Assembly: GCA_963786935.1 (NCBI GenBank)
Contig: CAWBAN010000005.1
Location: 96,001-160,000, forward strand
Direction: 5' to 3'
Source of the DNA: an uncultured bacterium
GTDB lineage: Bacteria; Krumholzibacteriota; Krumholzibacteriia; Krumholzibacteriales; Krumholzibacteriaceae
DNA length: 64,000 bases
How positions within the stretch are numbered: the stretch's first letter is position 1; the number at the start of each line of letters is the position of its first letter. Below are positions 29,701 through 39,588 of this stretch, piece by piece. Below the pieces are notes generated by a model. That model worked only from the letters and a program-made list of their open reading frames with translations. It searched no databases and had not been told where the DNA came from. The position numbers and the translations under genes were made by a program.

Positions 29701-30107
29701 GGCTGAGCTCGTTCCCGCCGTTCGCGCCGAAGGGATACCAGGCCATGCTCATCAACGAGTGGTCGGGCTCCGGCGGCGACGCGTTCCCGTATCTCTTCCG
29801 GCAGGCGGGGCTCGGCCCGCTCATCGGGAAGCGCACCTGGGGCGGGCTCGTGGGCATGAACCGGAACATTCCGCTCATGGACGGCGGCGGCGTGACGATG
29901 CCCGGCATCGGCTTCACCGATCTCGAAGGCAACTACGCCGTCGAGAACGTGGGCGTCTCTCCCGACATCGAGGTCGAAAACTCTCCCGAGTTCACCGCCA
30001 AGGGGGGCGACCCGCAGCTCGATAAGGCCGTTCAGGTTCTGATGGATAAGATCAAGGCGAATCCGCCGAAGACGCCGGCGATGCCGAAGGATCCGGACAA
30101 GCGCTGA
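26769..30107 (+). CDS. Tricorn protease homolog (S41 family; beta-propellers and PDZ)
   Basis: RLMRYPDI, FSPDG propeller repeats, ELNAGHAY, GRIGYVHVPN, DERWNSGG, NEWSGSGGD, GKRTWGG. Confidence 0.95.
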   Translation: MGRRILCLMILGLLLFASAAVAATESRLMRYPDISGDKVVFTHGGDLWIVSANGGTATRLTSHPGSERFAKFSPDGKTIAFTGFYDGNTDLFTVPVGGGIPNRLTYHPMPDVSLDWHPSGERILFRSMRESKTNPGPRYARLYTVPKDGGIVEALPLFEGELASFSDDASKIAFTRLATESRTWKRYRGGMAPNIWMYDFKTGKAEILVDAEGTDYFPMWRGNSLYFISDRERTFNVYVLDLGTRKVRKLTNHDEYDVKWPSIGGDSIVYENGGWLYVLDLKTEKSRKLDIVVPSELAETRPHYERVASLINAGDLSGTGKRAAFEARGDIFTVPGEKGDIRNVTRTTGIRERAPVFSPDGKWIAYFSDATGDYDIYLRKPDGTGDEVRVTTGIAHFPFRMSWSPDSKKLAFYDETFRLYYVDVDAKKVQTVDEDPWADLADYAWSTDSKWIVYSKGGDNGNSAIHFYSLGDKKSRQVTSGLYNDFNPCFSPDGKYLYFISNRATAFQFNSYDYDIHYVYPNVVCAVTLKADTPSPLAPESDEVEVKEEKKDDEGKDADKKDDKKDKKDDKKKDAADEKKDADKKDADKKDELVVDFDGFEARIVGLPVGMGNFGGLYPAEGKLYYADVPSGTIGAAGDEDAQQGFDLKFFDLEKRESKTALSGITNYTFSADGKKILYQARQTYGIVDAGEGKKVGDGTIATGDLEMKVDPPAEWKQMFMEAWRLERDFFYVNNMHGVDWNKMRSRYGDLLPYLTSRDDLNYIIGELISELNAGHAYVGGGDYPTLQPVGTGLLGCDFEADKASGRYRFTKIYDGRNWDAQFTGPLSQPGINVKAGDYILAINGVELKYPADPLALLENRAGKQTVIKVSKTADGKDAREVTVEPVPSDINIRYADWVESNRLKVFEASGGRIGYVHVPNTATEGLMEFAKLFYGQANLDGIVIDERWNSGGWMPSLFVDRLARKPSSYWALRHFKRLSSFPPFAPKGYQAMLINEWSGSGGDAFPYLFRQAGLGPLIGKRTWGGLVGMNRNIPLMDGGGVTMPGIGFTDLEGNYAVENVGVSPDIEVENSPEFTAKGGDPQLDKAVQVLMDKIKANPPKTPAMPKDPDKR
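28407..28543 (+). repeat. Low-complexity K/D-rich coding repeat inside the tricorn gene
   Basis: AAGAAGGAC-type repeats encoding DKKDDKKDKKDDKKKD... Confidence 0.8.
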
Positions 30108-30302
30108 GCCCGCGGAAAACAGGCGCGAGTCCATGAAACGGAGCCCGCCCCGCGAATCGTCCGGTCGCCGCGATCGGGCAAACCCGCGGGGCGGGCTCAC
30201 GTTCGTTATACTTGACAGCGCGCGCGTCCCGGTGGAAACTGTTCGTCGCGATCGTGATTGTCGGTGTGCCGGCCATTCGGGAGAAAGCGAGAGAACGTCG
30301 TC

Positions 30303-31514
30303 ATGATTCAGGCCAAGAGCAGTTTCTTCGGGCTCGGCATCGCGCCGGGGCTTCTCGCGGTGCTCGATACGCTCAAATTCACCGTCCCGACGCCCATTCA
30401 GGAAGCGGCGATCCCCATCGCCATCGAGGGGAAGGACGTCATCGGCGTGGCGCAGACCGGAACGGGCAAGACGCTCGCGTTCGGCATTCCGATGATCCAG
30501 CGCCTCGCGCAGGGGAAGCAGCGGGGGCTCGTGCTCGTGCCGACGCGCGAGCTCGCCATGCAGGTCAACGAGGATCTCGCGAAGTTCGCCCGGGCGTTCA
30601 AGCTCAGGACCGCCGTCGTGATCGGGGGGGAATCGATGATCCGCCAGGTCCGGCAGCTCAAGGAGCATCCGAACGTCATCATCGCCACGCCCGGCCGCCT
30701 CAACGACCACCTCGAGCACCGTCAGGTCCGTCTCTCCGACGTGGGCATCCTCGTTCTCGACGAGGCCGACCGGATGCTCGACATGGGCTTTCTCCCGCAG
30801 ATCGAGCGCATCCTCAAGCTCGTTCCGAAGGCCCGCCAGACCATGCTCTTTTCGGCCACGATGCAGCAGAGCGTGCTCGCGATCGCGTCCCGGCACATGC
30901 ATCTGCCGGTCCGGACCGAGATCGCTCCGTCCGGCACGGCGGCCGATCTCGTGACGCAGGAGATACTCTTCGTTCAGAAGGGGTCCAAGGCGCGCGCGCT
31001 CGGGCAGGTGCTCCAGCAATACGCGGGCTCCGTGCTCATGTTCGTGCGGACGAAGCGCGGCGCCGGCAAGGTGGCGAGGCTCCTGCGCGAGATGGGGCAC
31101 ACCGCGGGCGAGATCCACGCCGACCGGTCCCAGCCCCAGCGCAAGGAGGCCCTGCGTCGCTTCAAGACCGGCGAATACCGCATTCTCGTGGCCACCGACA
31201 TCGCCGCGCGCGGCATCGACGTCAAGGATATCGAGCTCGTGATCAACTACGATCTGCCCGACGACGTCGGGAACTACGTCCACCGCATCGGCCGCACGGG
31301 GCGCGCGGGCAAACGCGGGCACGCGATCGCCTTCGCCACGCCGGACCAGCGCGCCGACGTGGGGGAGATCGAGCGCTTCATGCGCGCCGCGATCCCCGCG
31401 TCATGGGATGCGGAGATTCCCGCCGAGGAGCTCCCCCGGGAGCAGAAGGCCGCGAAGAAGCCGGCGTTCGGCCGGTCCCCGCGCAAGGTTCCCCGCCGGA
31501 TCAGGATCAGGTAG
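30303..31514 (+). CDS. DEAD-box ATP-dependent RNA helicase (RhlE-like)
   Basis: PTPIQ, AQTGTGKT, PTRELA, TPGRL, DEAD, SAT, ARGID, HRIGRTGRAG. Confidence 0.95.
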   Translation: MIQAKSSFFGLGIAPGLLAVLDTLKFTVPTPIQEAAIPIAIEGKDVIGVAQTGTGKTLAFGIPMIQRLAQGKQRGLVLVPTRELAMQVNEDLAKFARAFKLRTAVVIGGESMIRQVRQLKEHPNVIIATPGRLNDHLEHRQVRLSDVGILVLDEADRMLDMGFLPQIERILKLVPKARQTMLFSATMQQSVLAIASRHMHLPVRTEIAPSGTAADLVTQEILFVQKGSKARALGQVLQQYAGSVLMFVRTKRGAGKVARLLREMGHTAGEIHADRSQPQRKEALRRFKTGEYRILVATDIAARGIDVKDIELVINYDLPDDVGNYVHRIGRTGRAGKRGHAIAFATPDQRADVGEIERFMRAAIPASWDAEIPAEELPREQKAAKKPAFGRSPRKVPRRIRIR

Positions 31515-34500
31515 GAGTGTCCGTCTTTCGTTTGAGCCGCTGCTCGAATATCGCGTACACGACCGGCACGAGGATGAGCGTGATGAGCGTGGAGCTCAGG
31601 AGCCCGCCGATCACGACGCGGGCGAGGGGCGCCTGCGTCTCGCCCCCTTCGCCGAATCCGATGGCGAGGGGCAGGAGACCGAGCACGGTCGTGAGCGTGG
31701 TCATGAGGATGGGGCGCAGACGCCGCGAGCCGGCGAGGCGGATCGCCTCGGCAAGCTCCATCCCCTCCTCGCGGCGCAGCCGGTTCGTGTAATCGACGAG
31801 CAGGATCGCGTTGTTGACGACGATCCCCGCGAGCATGATGCAGCCGATGAAGGCCTGCATGCTGAAGATGGTTCCGGTGAGCAGCATCGTCACCGCGATG
31901 CCGATGAGCGCCATCGGTATCGAGAAGAGCACGACGAACGGATCGCGCCACGATTCGAACTGCCCCGCCATCACCATATAGACGAGCAGGATCGCGAGGA
32001 TGAATCCGAAAATGAGCTCTCGAAAGGCTTTTTGCTGCTCCTCGTAGTCGCCGCCGAAGAGAATGACGAAGTCCTTCGGGACCGGCACGGCGCGAAGCTC
32101 GCGGCGGATGTCCCTGATCACCGAACCCATGTCGCGGCCGGTGTAATTCGCCTGGATCGTGATGATCCGTTCCTGGTCCTTGCGTTCGATGCGGACCGGG
32201 CCTTCCTCCCGGACGGCGTCGACTACGTTGCGCAGGATGACGGGCTCGCCCCGGGCATTGATCGCGGTGAGGTCGAGCAGGTTGTCCAGGCTCTTCCGGT
32301 CTTCCTCGCTGAGACGCACGAGAATGTCGTACTGCTTGCCTCCCTCGCGGAAATATGACGCGCGCGTGCCGCCGACTCCCGTCTGCAGGGCATCGCCGAT
32401 GCGGGTCACGCCGAGACCGAGATCGGCCGCCTTCGCCCTGTTGATCCGGATGATCTGTTCGGGATTCCCTTCCTCGCGGCTGATCCGCGTATCGGTGATT
32501 CCGGGGACCGTGCCGACCACCTCGTTGACCCGCCGCGCGAGCGCTTGGGCCGTCGCGAGGTCGTACCCGCGGATCTCGATGTTCACGCCGCTCTCGGTCT
32601 GGGCGCCCATCCGCAGGACGAAGAGCCCCTCGCCGGCCCTCGTGCGGATGGTCACGCCCGGGAGGCCGGCGAGCGCGCCGCGGAGGTCGTTCGCGATCCG
32701 CTCGCTGCTGCGGCGCCGCTCCCGTTGCGGGACGAGGGTAGCGCGCACCTCGGCCGTATGGCCGCCCGAGGCGCCCCAACCCCCGCCGCCGACGTTCGAC
32801 ATGATCGAGACCGCCTCGGGAACCTTCGTGCGGACGATTTCCTCGACGGTCCGCGTCGCCTGGTCGACGATGGCGAGCTTCGTGCCCACCGCCATCTCGA
32901 TATTGACCCGCACCTCCCCCTCGTCCGTCGCCGGCATCAGCTCCACGCCGATGAGCCGGGTCATGACGACGGAGAGCACGAAGAGACCGAGAGCCGAAAG
33001 AAGCACGGTCCGCTTGCGCGCGAGCGCCCGCTGGAGGAGGACCGAGTATCGCTGCTCGATCCGGCGGAACGCCTGCTCGCTGTACGCGTAGATCCGGTGC
33101 AGGCGATTCTCGTTCCGGTAATGCTCCGCCGGCTGGAACCGCAGGAATCGGGACGCGAGCATCGGAATGAGGGTGATCGCGACGACAAGCGAGCAGAGGA
33201 GGGCAAAGCTCACCACGACGGCCATCTGCCGGAACATGATCCCCGACATGCCGCGGATGAACACGACCGGAATGAACACGACGACGGTCGTCAGCGTGCT
33301 CGCCATGATCGCCGACCAGACCTCGGAGGAGCCGACGAGCGCGCTCCCGACGTTGTCGATACCCGTCTCGCGGTGGCGGTAGATGTTTTCGATGACGACG
33401 ATCGCGTTGTCGACGAGCATGCCGATGCCGAGGGCGAGCCCGCCGAAGGTGATGATGTTCAGCGTGTAGCCGGAGAAATACATGAGCCCGAAGGTGGCGA
33501 TGACCGAGATGGGTATCGCGGTCGAGATGATGATCGTGCTCGATACGTTTCGCAGGAAGAGAAACAGAATGAGGATCGCGAGGATTCCCCCGACGAGAGC
33601 GGCGCTCCCCATGTTGTTGATCGAATCCTTGATATAGACGGAGGTGTCGACGACGGGGATGAGCCGGAGCTGCGGAATATCGCGATTGATGCGATCCATC
33701 TCCGCGCGCACGCCCTCGGCGACGTTGACGGTGTTGGCGCCCGATTGCTTGCTGATCGACATGCGCAGCGCCGGCTTGCCGTCGATGCGGACGATCTGGC
33801 GGATCTCCTCCCAGGAGTCCTCGACGCCCGCCACGTCTCCGATGCGGATCGGCGCGCCGCCTCTCGTCGTGATGACCGTGTTACGGATCTCGTCGAGCGT
33901 GCGGTATTCCCCCTGCGTGCGGACGAGAACCTCGAGGTTTCCCTTGTCGTAGAGGCCGGCGGGAACGTTGCGGTTCTCGCTGCGTATGGCGCCGAGCACC
34001 GCGTCGGTCGATATGCCGAGCGCCTTGAGCTGGGCGCCGCGGAGATTCACGTGTATCTGCCGGTTCAGTCCGCCGCGGACGTCGACGGAGGCGACGCCGG
34101 GCACCCGCTCGAGCCGGTATTTGACCTCATCCTCGACGATGCGGCGCAGGTCGAGGGGATTGAGATTGCCCGACGCGCTCAGGAACATGATGGGAAACGC
34201 CGAAAGATCGAACTTGCGGATCGTCGGCCTCGTGACGTCCTCGGGCAGGCGTCCGAGCACGCGGTCGATACGGTCGCGGATGTCGTTCGCCGCCACGTCG
34301 AGGTCCGTTCCCCACGAGAAGGCGACCCGCACCCTGCTCTGTCCCTCGGACGACGTCGAGGTGATCTCCTCGACGCCCTGAATCGCGGCGAGCGCCTCCT
34401 CGAGCGGCCGCGTAATCGACTCTTCCATCTCCTGCGGACCGACGTTGCCGTACTCGGTGACGACGGTGATGCTCGGAAAGGTGATTTCGGGCATGAGGTC

Positions 34501-34602
34501 GATGGAGAGGCGATTGAAGGAGACGATGCCGAGGGTGATCACGACCAGGAAAATGACGGCCGTGAGAATCGGTCGATGGATGGGTCCCTGCGCTATATTC
34601 AT
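31507..34602 (-). CDS. RND-family (AcrB/MdtBC-like) efflux permease
   Basis: 1031 aa; GMLVDNAIVVIENI, GIVVNNAILLVD, RLRPILMTTLTT. Confidence 0.95.
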   Translation of the reverse strand: MNIAQGPIHRPILTAVIFLVVITLGIVSFNRLSIDLMPEITFPSITVVTEYGNVGPQEMEESITRPLEEALAAIQGVEEITSTSSEGQSRVRVAFSWGTDLDVAANDIRDRIDRVLGRLPEDVTRPTIRKFDLSAFPIMFLSASGNLNPLDLRRIVEDEVKYRLERVPGVASVDVRGGLNRQIHVNLRGAQLKALGISTDAVLGAIRSENRNVPAGLYDKGNLEVLVRTQGEYRTLDEIRNTVITTRGGAPIRIGDVAGVEDSWEEIRQIVRIDGKPALRMSISKQSGANTVNVAEGVRAEMDRINRDIPQLRLIPVVDTSVYIKDSINNMGSAALVGGILAILILFLFLRNVSSTIIISTAIPISVIATFGLMYFSGYTLNIITFGGLALGIGMLVDNAIVVIENIYRHRETGIDNVGSALVGSSEVWSAIMASTLTTVVVFIPVVFIRGMSGIMFRQMAVVVSFALLCSLVVAITLIPMLASRFLRFQPAEHYRNENRLHRIYAYSEQAFRRIEQRYSVLLQRALARKRTVLLSALGLFVLSVVMTRLIGVELMPATDEGEVRVNIEMAVGTKLAIVDQATRTVEEIVRTKVPEAVSIMSNVGGGGWGASGGHTAEVRATLVPQRERRRSSERIANDLRGALAGLPGVTIRTRAGEGLFVLRMGAQTESGVNIEIRGYDLATAQALARRVNEVVGTVPGITDTRISREEGNPEQIIRINRAKAADLGLGVTRIGDALQTGVGGTRASYFREGGKQYDILVRLSEEDRKSLDNLLDLTAINARGEPVILRNVVDAVREEGPVRIERKDQERIITIQANYTGRDMGSVIRDIRRELRAVPVPKDFVILFGGDYEEQQKAFRELIFGFILAILLVYMVMAGQFESWRDPFVVLFSIPMALIGIAVTMLLTGTIFSMQAFIGCIMLAGIVVNNAILLVDYTNRLRREEGMELAEAIRLAGSRRLRPILMTTLTTVLGLLPLAIGFGEGGETQAPLARVVIGGLLSSTLITLILVPVVYAIFEQRLKRKTDTPT

Positions 34603-35795
34603 GAGCCTGATTTCGCTTTCGCGCCTTCCGCCGGTGCGGGCGCCCCGCCGGATGAGTCTTTCGGAAGCAGCACGGGGCTGCCGTCCTCGAGCAGATGCTG
34701 GCCGAGCGTCACGACGCGTCCCTCGAGCGCGGGAGAGAGCACCTCGGTGAGGTCCGGCGTCGCGATGCCCGCCTCCACGGGAACGTAGCGGGCGACGCTC
34801 TCATCCCCGGGCACCATGAAGACGCCCGTTCCGCCGTTGCGGCTCACCATCGATCTCGTGGGAACGATCTGCGCGCGGTTCTTCGAAGCGATCATCACCT
34901 GGGTGCGGGCGAACATCCCCGGTTTCAGGAGGAGCGAGTCGTTCCTCACCTCGACTTCCATCTGCGCCACGCGCGATTCCTCGAGCAGCATCGGCGCGAT
35001 CCGCGAGACGCGCCCCGAGAAGCGTCTCGAGGCGAATGCGTCGACGGTCACCGTCGCCGGCTGCCCCGCGCTGATGAGACGGTAATCGCGCTCCGTGATC
35101 GTCGTCCGCACGATGACGCTGCCGATTTCAATGACCGACGCGACCGCCGCGTTGGGCGCGAGCAGCGCGCCCTCGTCGACGAATCGCTCGCCGATATAGC
35201 CGGCGCGCGTCGCGGTCAGGCGCGTGTAGCCGAGCCTGATGCGCGACGACTCGAGAGACGCCTGGCGCTGCTCCACCTGGGCCTGCGCCAGGCGGTAGCG
35301 CGATTCCTTCGCGGTGAAATCCGAAACGGCGGCGTCGACCTCCGCGTTCGAGGCGAGCTCCTTGGCCCGGAGCGACTCCATCCGTTCCTTCTGGTCCCGG
35401 GAGAGCTCGAGCTGGCTGCGCGTGTCGATGACCGAGGCCTCGGCTATCTTCAGATTCGCCTCCGCCTCGCGCACCGCCTGCTGGTATTCCGCGTCGTCGA
35501 TCCGGGCGATCAATTCACCCGCGCGGACCCGGTCGCCGATGCGCTTGCGGATCTCGACCACCCTGCCCGACACCTTCGGCGCGACGACGTACTGATTGTA
35601 TGGATACACGGAGCCCGTGAACTCGCGGATCTCGCGAATCGGGCCGAAGCGGACGCTGTCCACCTCGACCGCGACGGCGGCCGTCTGGCGCTGCCGGTTG
35701 TCGTCCCCCGATCCCTTCACGATGAGCATCACGATTCTCACCGCGAGCGCGGCGACGACGACGATGACTGGAATGAGGTAAAGACGTTTTTTCAT
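34599..35795 (-). CDS. RND efflux periplasmic adaptor (MFP) subunit
   Basis: N-terminal TM anchor, VAPKVSGRV lipoyl half-motif, coiled coil, LKPGMFA; stop overlaps the permease start. Confidence 0.93.
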   Translation of the reverse strand: MKKRLYLIPVIVVVAALAVRIVMLIVKGSGDDNRQRQTAAVAVEVDSVRFGPIREIREFTGSVYPYNQYVVAPKVSGRVVEIRKRIGDRVRAGELIARIDDAEYQQAVREAEANLKIAEASVIDTRSQLELSRDQKERMESLRAKELASNAEVDAAVSDFTAKESRYRLAQAQVEQRQASLESSRIRLGYTRLTATRAGYIGERFVDEGALLAPNAAVASVIEIGSVIVRTTITERDYRLISAGQPATVTVDAFASRRFSGRVSRIAPMLLEESRVAQMEVEVRNDSLLLKPGMFARTQVMIASKNRAQIVPTRSMVSRNGGTGVFMVPGDESVARYVPVEAGIATPDLTEVLSPALEGRVVTLGQHLLEDGSPVLLPKDSSGGAPAPAEGAKAKSGS

Positions 35796-36114
35796 ATGTT
35801 CTTTCGCGAGCGCTGAAGTAGATAGGAATCTTGATTATTCGGGATTAAAAGTCAAAGAAAATCCAACGGCAGGAAACCGCGGCGTGCGGGGTCGTTCCCG
35901 CATGGATCCGTCGTTCCCGTTCGGGGAACGCTCTTCCCCCCGGCGGTCCTTTGTCCGAAACCGATGGCACGCGGGCGGTCCGCATCGAGCGCTCCTGCGC
36001 GCCCCGGCCGTCTTGTTTTGCCATCGTCCGTTTCGTTACTGCATTCACCCCCGTCATTCGGTATCTGCCCGGAAGCGACGGATCCGATAGCAATATCGAT
36101 AAGAGGCATTCTCC

Positions 36115-36147
36115 TTGACAACAGCCTTCTAATAATAATTATTATTA
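36115..36147 (+). promoter_or_regulatory. -35 TTGACA followed by a perfect AT palindrome (PerR/Fur-like operator) upstream of msrAB
   Basis: TTGACA at 36115-36120; TAATAATAATTATTATTA at 36130-36147. Confidence 0.55.
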
Positions 36148-36207
36148 ATAATACCGTGGTCTGGCGGACGCGCGCATTATAAATCCGCCGCCGGGAGGGA
36201 TTCAAGG

Positions 36208-37266
36208 ATGAAGAGCTATCTATTTATATTACTAGCTGTTGCGTCGGCCGTTGTCGCATTCGGCGACTCGGCAGCGCCCGAGCGGGAGAAGGGAACTGAA
36301 ATCATGGAACAGGTAAAAAGACTTCAGATTGCAACCTTTGCCGGGGGCTGCTTCTGGTGCTCCGAAGCCGACTTCGAGAAGGTCGACGGCGTCGTGAAAG
36401 TGGTTTCGGGGTACACGGGCGGAGCAGCGGCGAATCCAACCTATGATCAGGTCTGTGGGGGGAAGACGGGGCACTTCGAGGCCGTGCAGGTCCATTACGA
36501 TTCGACGAAGGTGGGATACGAAAGGCTGCTCGAGGTTTTCTGGACGCACATCGATCCGACGGACGCCGGCGGTCAGTTCGCCGACAGAGGCCCCCAGTAC
36601 CGGAGCGCCATCTTCTACCATACGGACGAGCAGAAGCGCCTCGCCGAGCGCTCGAAGGCCTCGCTCGGCGCCTCGGGCGTCTTCGACGGGCCGATCGTGA
36701 CCGAGATCAGGGCGTTCACGAAATTCTACGAGGCGGAAAGCTATCATCAGGATTACTACAAAACGTGCTCCGCGCATTACGGGAGGTACCGCTCCGGCTC
36801 CGGACGGGACGCGTTCCTGAAGGCGATGTGGGGAGACGGGAAGAACACGATGAAAAAGAAGCTCACCCCGATGCAGTACAGCGTGACGCAGCAGTGCGGC
36901 ACCGAGCCTCCCTTCGCGAACGAGTACTGGGACAACCACCGCGAGGGGATCTACGTCGACGTCGTCTCGGGGGAGCCGCTCTTCAGCTCGCTCGACAAGT
37001 TCGATTCCGGCACGGGCTGGCCGAGCTTCACGAAGCCGCTCGATCCGGGCTCGGTCGTGGAGAAGGAAGACCGGAGCCTGATGTCCGCGAGGACCGAGGT
37101 CCGGAGCAAGCGCGGCGATTCGCACCTCGGCCACGTCTTCCCCGACGGGCCGCTTCCCGCAGGGCAGCGCTACTGCATCAACTCGGCGGCGCTCCGCTTC
37201 ATCCCGAAAGAGGATCTCGAGAAAGAGGGCTACGGCGAATATTTGAAGCTGTTCGATCGCAAGTGA
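36208..37266 (+). CDS. msrAB: Bifunctional methionine sulfoxide reductase MsrA/MsrB with a signal peptide
   Basis: [20 protein letters not shown] (MsrA); [24 protein letters not shown] (MsrB). Confidence 0.95.
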   Translation: MKSYLFILLAVASAVVAFGDSAAPEREKGTEIMEQVKRLQIATFAGGCFWCSEADFEKVDGVVKVVSGYTGGAAANPTYDQVCGGKTGHFEAVQVHYDSTKVGYERLLEVFWTHIDPTDAGGQFADRGPQYRSAIFYHTDEQKRLAERSKASLGASGVFDGPIVTEIRAFTKFYEAESYHQDYYKTCSAHYGRYRSGSGRDAFLKAMWGDGKNTMKKKLTPMQYSVTQQCGTEPPFANEYWDNHREGIYVDVVSGEPLFSSLDKFDSGTGWPSFTKPLDPGSVVEKEDRSLMSARTEVRSKRGDSHLGHVFPDGPLPAGQRYCINSAALRFIPKEDLEKEGYGEYLKLFDRK

Positions 37267-37452
37267 GGCTCTCAAAGGGCAGCGAAGCCCTCCCGCCATC
37301 ATTCCAATAGCGCGGCGCGCGGCGGAATGTTATAATTTAAGTGCAAGAAGCGGATTCGAAAAACCAATCGCGCACAATGAATCGAATGCGGCCCCGCCAG
37401 CCGCACTCCGCCTCGATGCCGGATGCATCTCGTGAAAAGGGGGGCGATCGAT

Positions 37453-39555
37453 ATGCAGAGCCGCTCTGTCATCCTCATCGGTCTCGTCGCGTGCGCCGCT
37501 TTCGCGCTCTGCCCGCCGGGGAGCGCGCGGGCGCGGGATATCAATCCGGTCCCGTCAAGCAAGGATGCCGTGGGTCCCCGGCGCGTGCTCGTGCTAGACG
37601 GGAGCTTCGTTCACAACGTCGGCCAGCTCCAGATGCACATGAGCAACTGGGGCATCTTCGGATCGATGCCGGGCTCTTCGATGCCGTTTTCCTTCGCGCC
37701 TTCGGCACAGTGGCCTGCGGGGAGCGGCATTGAGTATCTCTATGTGGGCGGCCTCTGGATCGGAGCGAGAATCGGCGGCGTTCCGTCGGTATCGACTTCG
37801 GTCTATGAGTGGGAGTTCAGGCCGACGGACGATCCGATCGATGCGATCTACCGGACGAACGAAGGCGTCCCCGGGGGCAACCGTTATCCGTTCCCGGGCG
37901 CCGACGACGATCGCGACGGGCGCTTCGACGAGGACCGTCTCGACGGCCGGGACAACGACGGCGACGGCCGCGTCGACGAGGATTTCGCCGCGATCTCGAA
38001 GCAGATGTTCACGAGCTGGTACACCGACAATCATCCTCTGATTTCACAGCCCTATCCAGTGCACCGGCCGCTGCCCATCAAGGTCGAGCAGGAAAGCTAT
38101 CAGTGGGATGACCCGCTCTTCGACGATTTCGTCGGTGTGACGCTGAAGATCACGAACGTCGGCGCTGAAACACTCGAACAGATATATCTCGGCGTCTTCG
38201 CCGACATGGACGCGGGGCCGCGGGGCGGGCCGGACTCGCTGGACTACTGGCTTGACGATGCCCAGAACGCCTTTTTCGGCACGAGAAGCACCGAGCTCGG
38301 ACCGGCATATCTCAACGTCATGTACTTGTATGACGCGGATGGGGATGGGGGGCGGACCCCGGGATATTTCGGTTGCATGCTCCTCGGGCATACACTGGAT
38401 CCGCTCGGCCAGAATGCGCCATCGGCGGTCAGGGCATTCACCTACCGGGCATTCAGCGGCAGTCAGCCGTACGAGAACGGCGGCGATCCCGATAACGATT
38501 TTCAGCGGTACGAAGTGCTGGCGACGCATCGGATCGACATGAATCTCGCCGCGCCGCGCGATTATCGCGGTCTCATGGGCACGGGGCCGTTCGCGCGGCT
38601 CATGCCGGGAGAATCGATCGAGCTCCATTTCGGATTCGTCGCGGGCATGGGGCTCGCCGGAATGCTGGAGAACGCCGCAAGGGCGCAGCGCCTGTTCGAC
38701 GGCACGTGGTATGACGTCGATCGAGACCCGGCGACGGGCGTCGACGGCAAGGAGACGCAGGTTCACTGGGTGCTCGGAAGGCCTTTCGAGATCGAAGCGG
38801 CCATGGATATCCGCCCGGGCTCCTGCCCGAATCCGTTCAACATGAACAAGGCCGACATCGCGGCCTCCGGCAATCCGTATAAGGGAGGCGTTCTGCCCGT
38901 GGCGATTCTCGGAGCCGCGAACTTCGACGTCCGCGACGTCGTGCGCTCTTCGGTTCGCCTGGAGGGTGTGGCGCCGCTATTCGACAAGAAGCCGCACTAC
39001 GAGGACGTTTCCCGCCCGCCGTCGAGCACGGAGCCGTGCGCGTGCACGTCGGAAGGCCCCGACGGCCGTCCCGATCTCCTGCTCAAGTTCTCCGATCGGG
39101 AGATCGCCCTCGCCATCGAGAGCGCGGGCGCGCCCGCGCGCGGCGGAACGCGCACGCTGACGCTGACCGGCTCGCTGAGCGACGGCACGCCCTTCGGGGC
39201 GGAGGACTGCGTCGTCCTCGTCGGGCTGCCGGATACAAAGCCGGATGACAGGCCCGACGACGAGCCGGACAACAAGCCGGGCGACCGCCGCCGCAGGCCG
39301 GAGCTCCTCGCGGCCTCGCCGAACCCCTTCAATCCCGCGACGAGCGTGGAGTATTACCTGCCCGAACGTCAGCGCGTGAAGATCACCGTGTTCGACGTCT
39401 CCGGCCGGACGGCCGCCGTGATCGTGGACGGCGTGCAGTCGGCGGGGGATCACGTCGCGCGGTGGCAGGCGAGCGGTTTTTCGAGCGGCATCTATTTCTG
39501 CCGCCTCGAGGCGGGGGGCGTTGTGTCGACGAAGAAGATCGTTTTGCTGCGGTAA
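37453..39555 (+). CDS. Secreted protein with acidic DxDGDG repeats, a DIRPGSCPN domain and a C-terminal T9SS-like sorting domain; paralog of 2740-4919
   Basis: Signal peptide; SAQWPAGSG.EYLY.GGLWIGA; DNDGDGRVDED; C-terminus ASPNPFNP...SSGIYFCRL...KIVLLR. Confidence 0.85.
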   Translation: MQSRSVILIGLVACAAFALCPPGSARARDINPVPSSKDAVGPRRVLVLDGSFVHNVGQLQMHMSNWGIFGSMPGSSMPFSFAPSAQWPAGSGIEYLYVGGLWIGARIGGVPSVSTSVYEWEFRPTDDPIDAIYRTNEGVPGGNRYPFPGADDDRDGRFDEDRLDGRDNDGDGRVDEDFAAISKQMFTSWYTDNHPLISQPYPVHRPLPIKVEQESYQWDDPLFDDFVGVTLKITNVGAETLEQIYLGVFADMDAGPRGGPDSLDYWLDDAQNAFFGTRSTELGPAYLNVMYLYDADGDGGRTPGYFGCMLLGHTLDPLGQNAPSAVRAFTYRAFSGSQPYENGGDPDNDFQRYEVLATHRIDMNLAAPRDYRGLMGTGPFARLMPGESIELHFGFVAGMGLAGMLENAARAQRLFDGTWYDVDRDPATGVDGKETQVHWVLGRPFEIEAAMDIRPGSCPNPFNMNKADIAASGNPYKGGVLPVAILGAANFDVRDVVRSSVRLEGVAPLFDKKPHYEDVSRPPSSTEPCACTSEGPDGRPDLLLKFSDREIALAIESAGAPARGGTRTLTLTGSLSDGTPFGAEDCVVLVGLPDTKPDDRPDDEPDNKPGDRRRRPELLAASPNPFNPATSVEYYLPERQRVKITVFDVSGRTAAVIVDGVQSAGDHVARWQASGFSSGIYFCRLEAGGVVSTKKIVLLR

Positions 39556-39588
39556 CGCGAGCAGCGCGGCCGCACGGCCCGGATTCCG

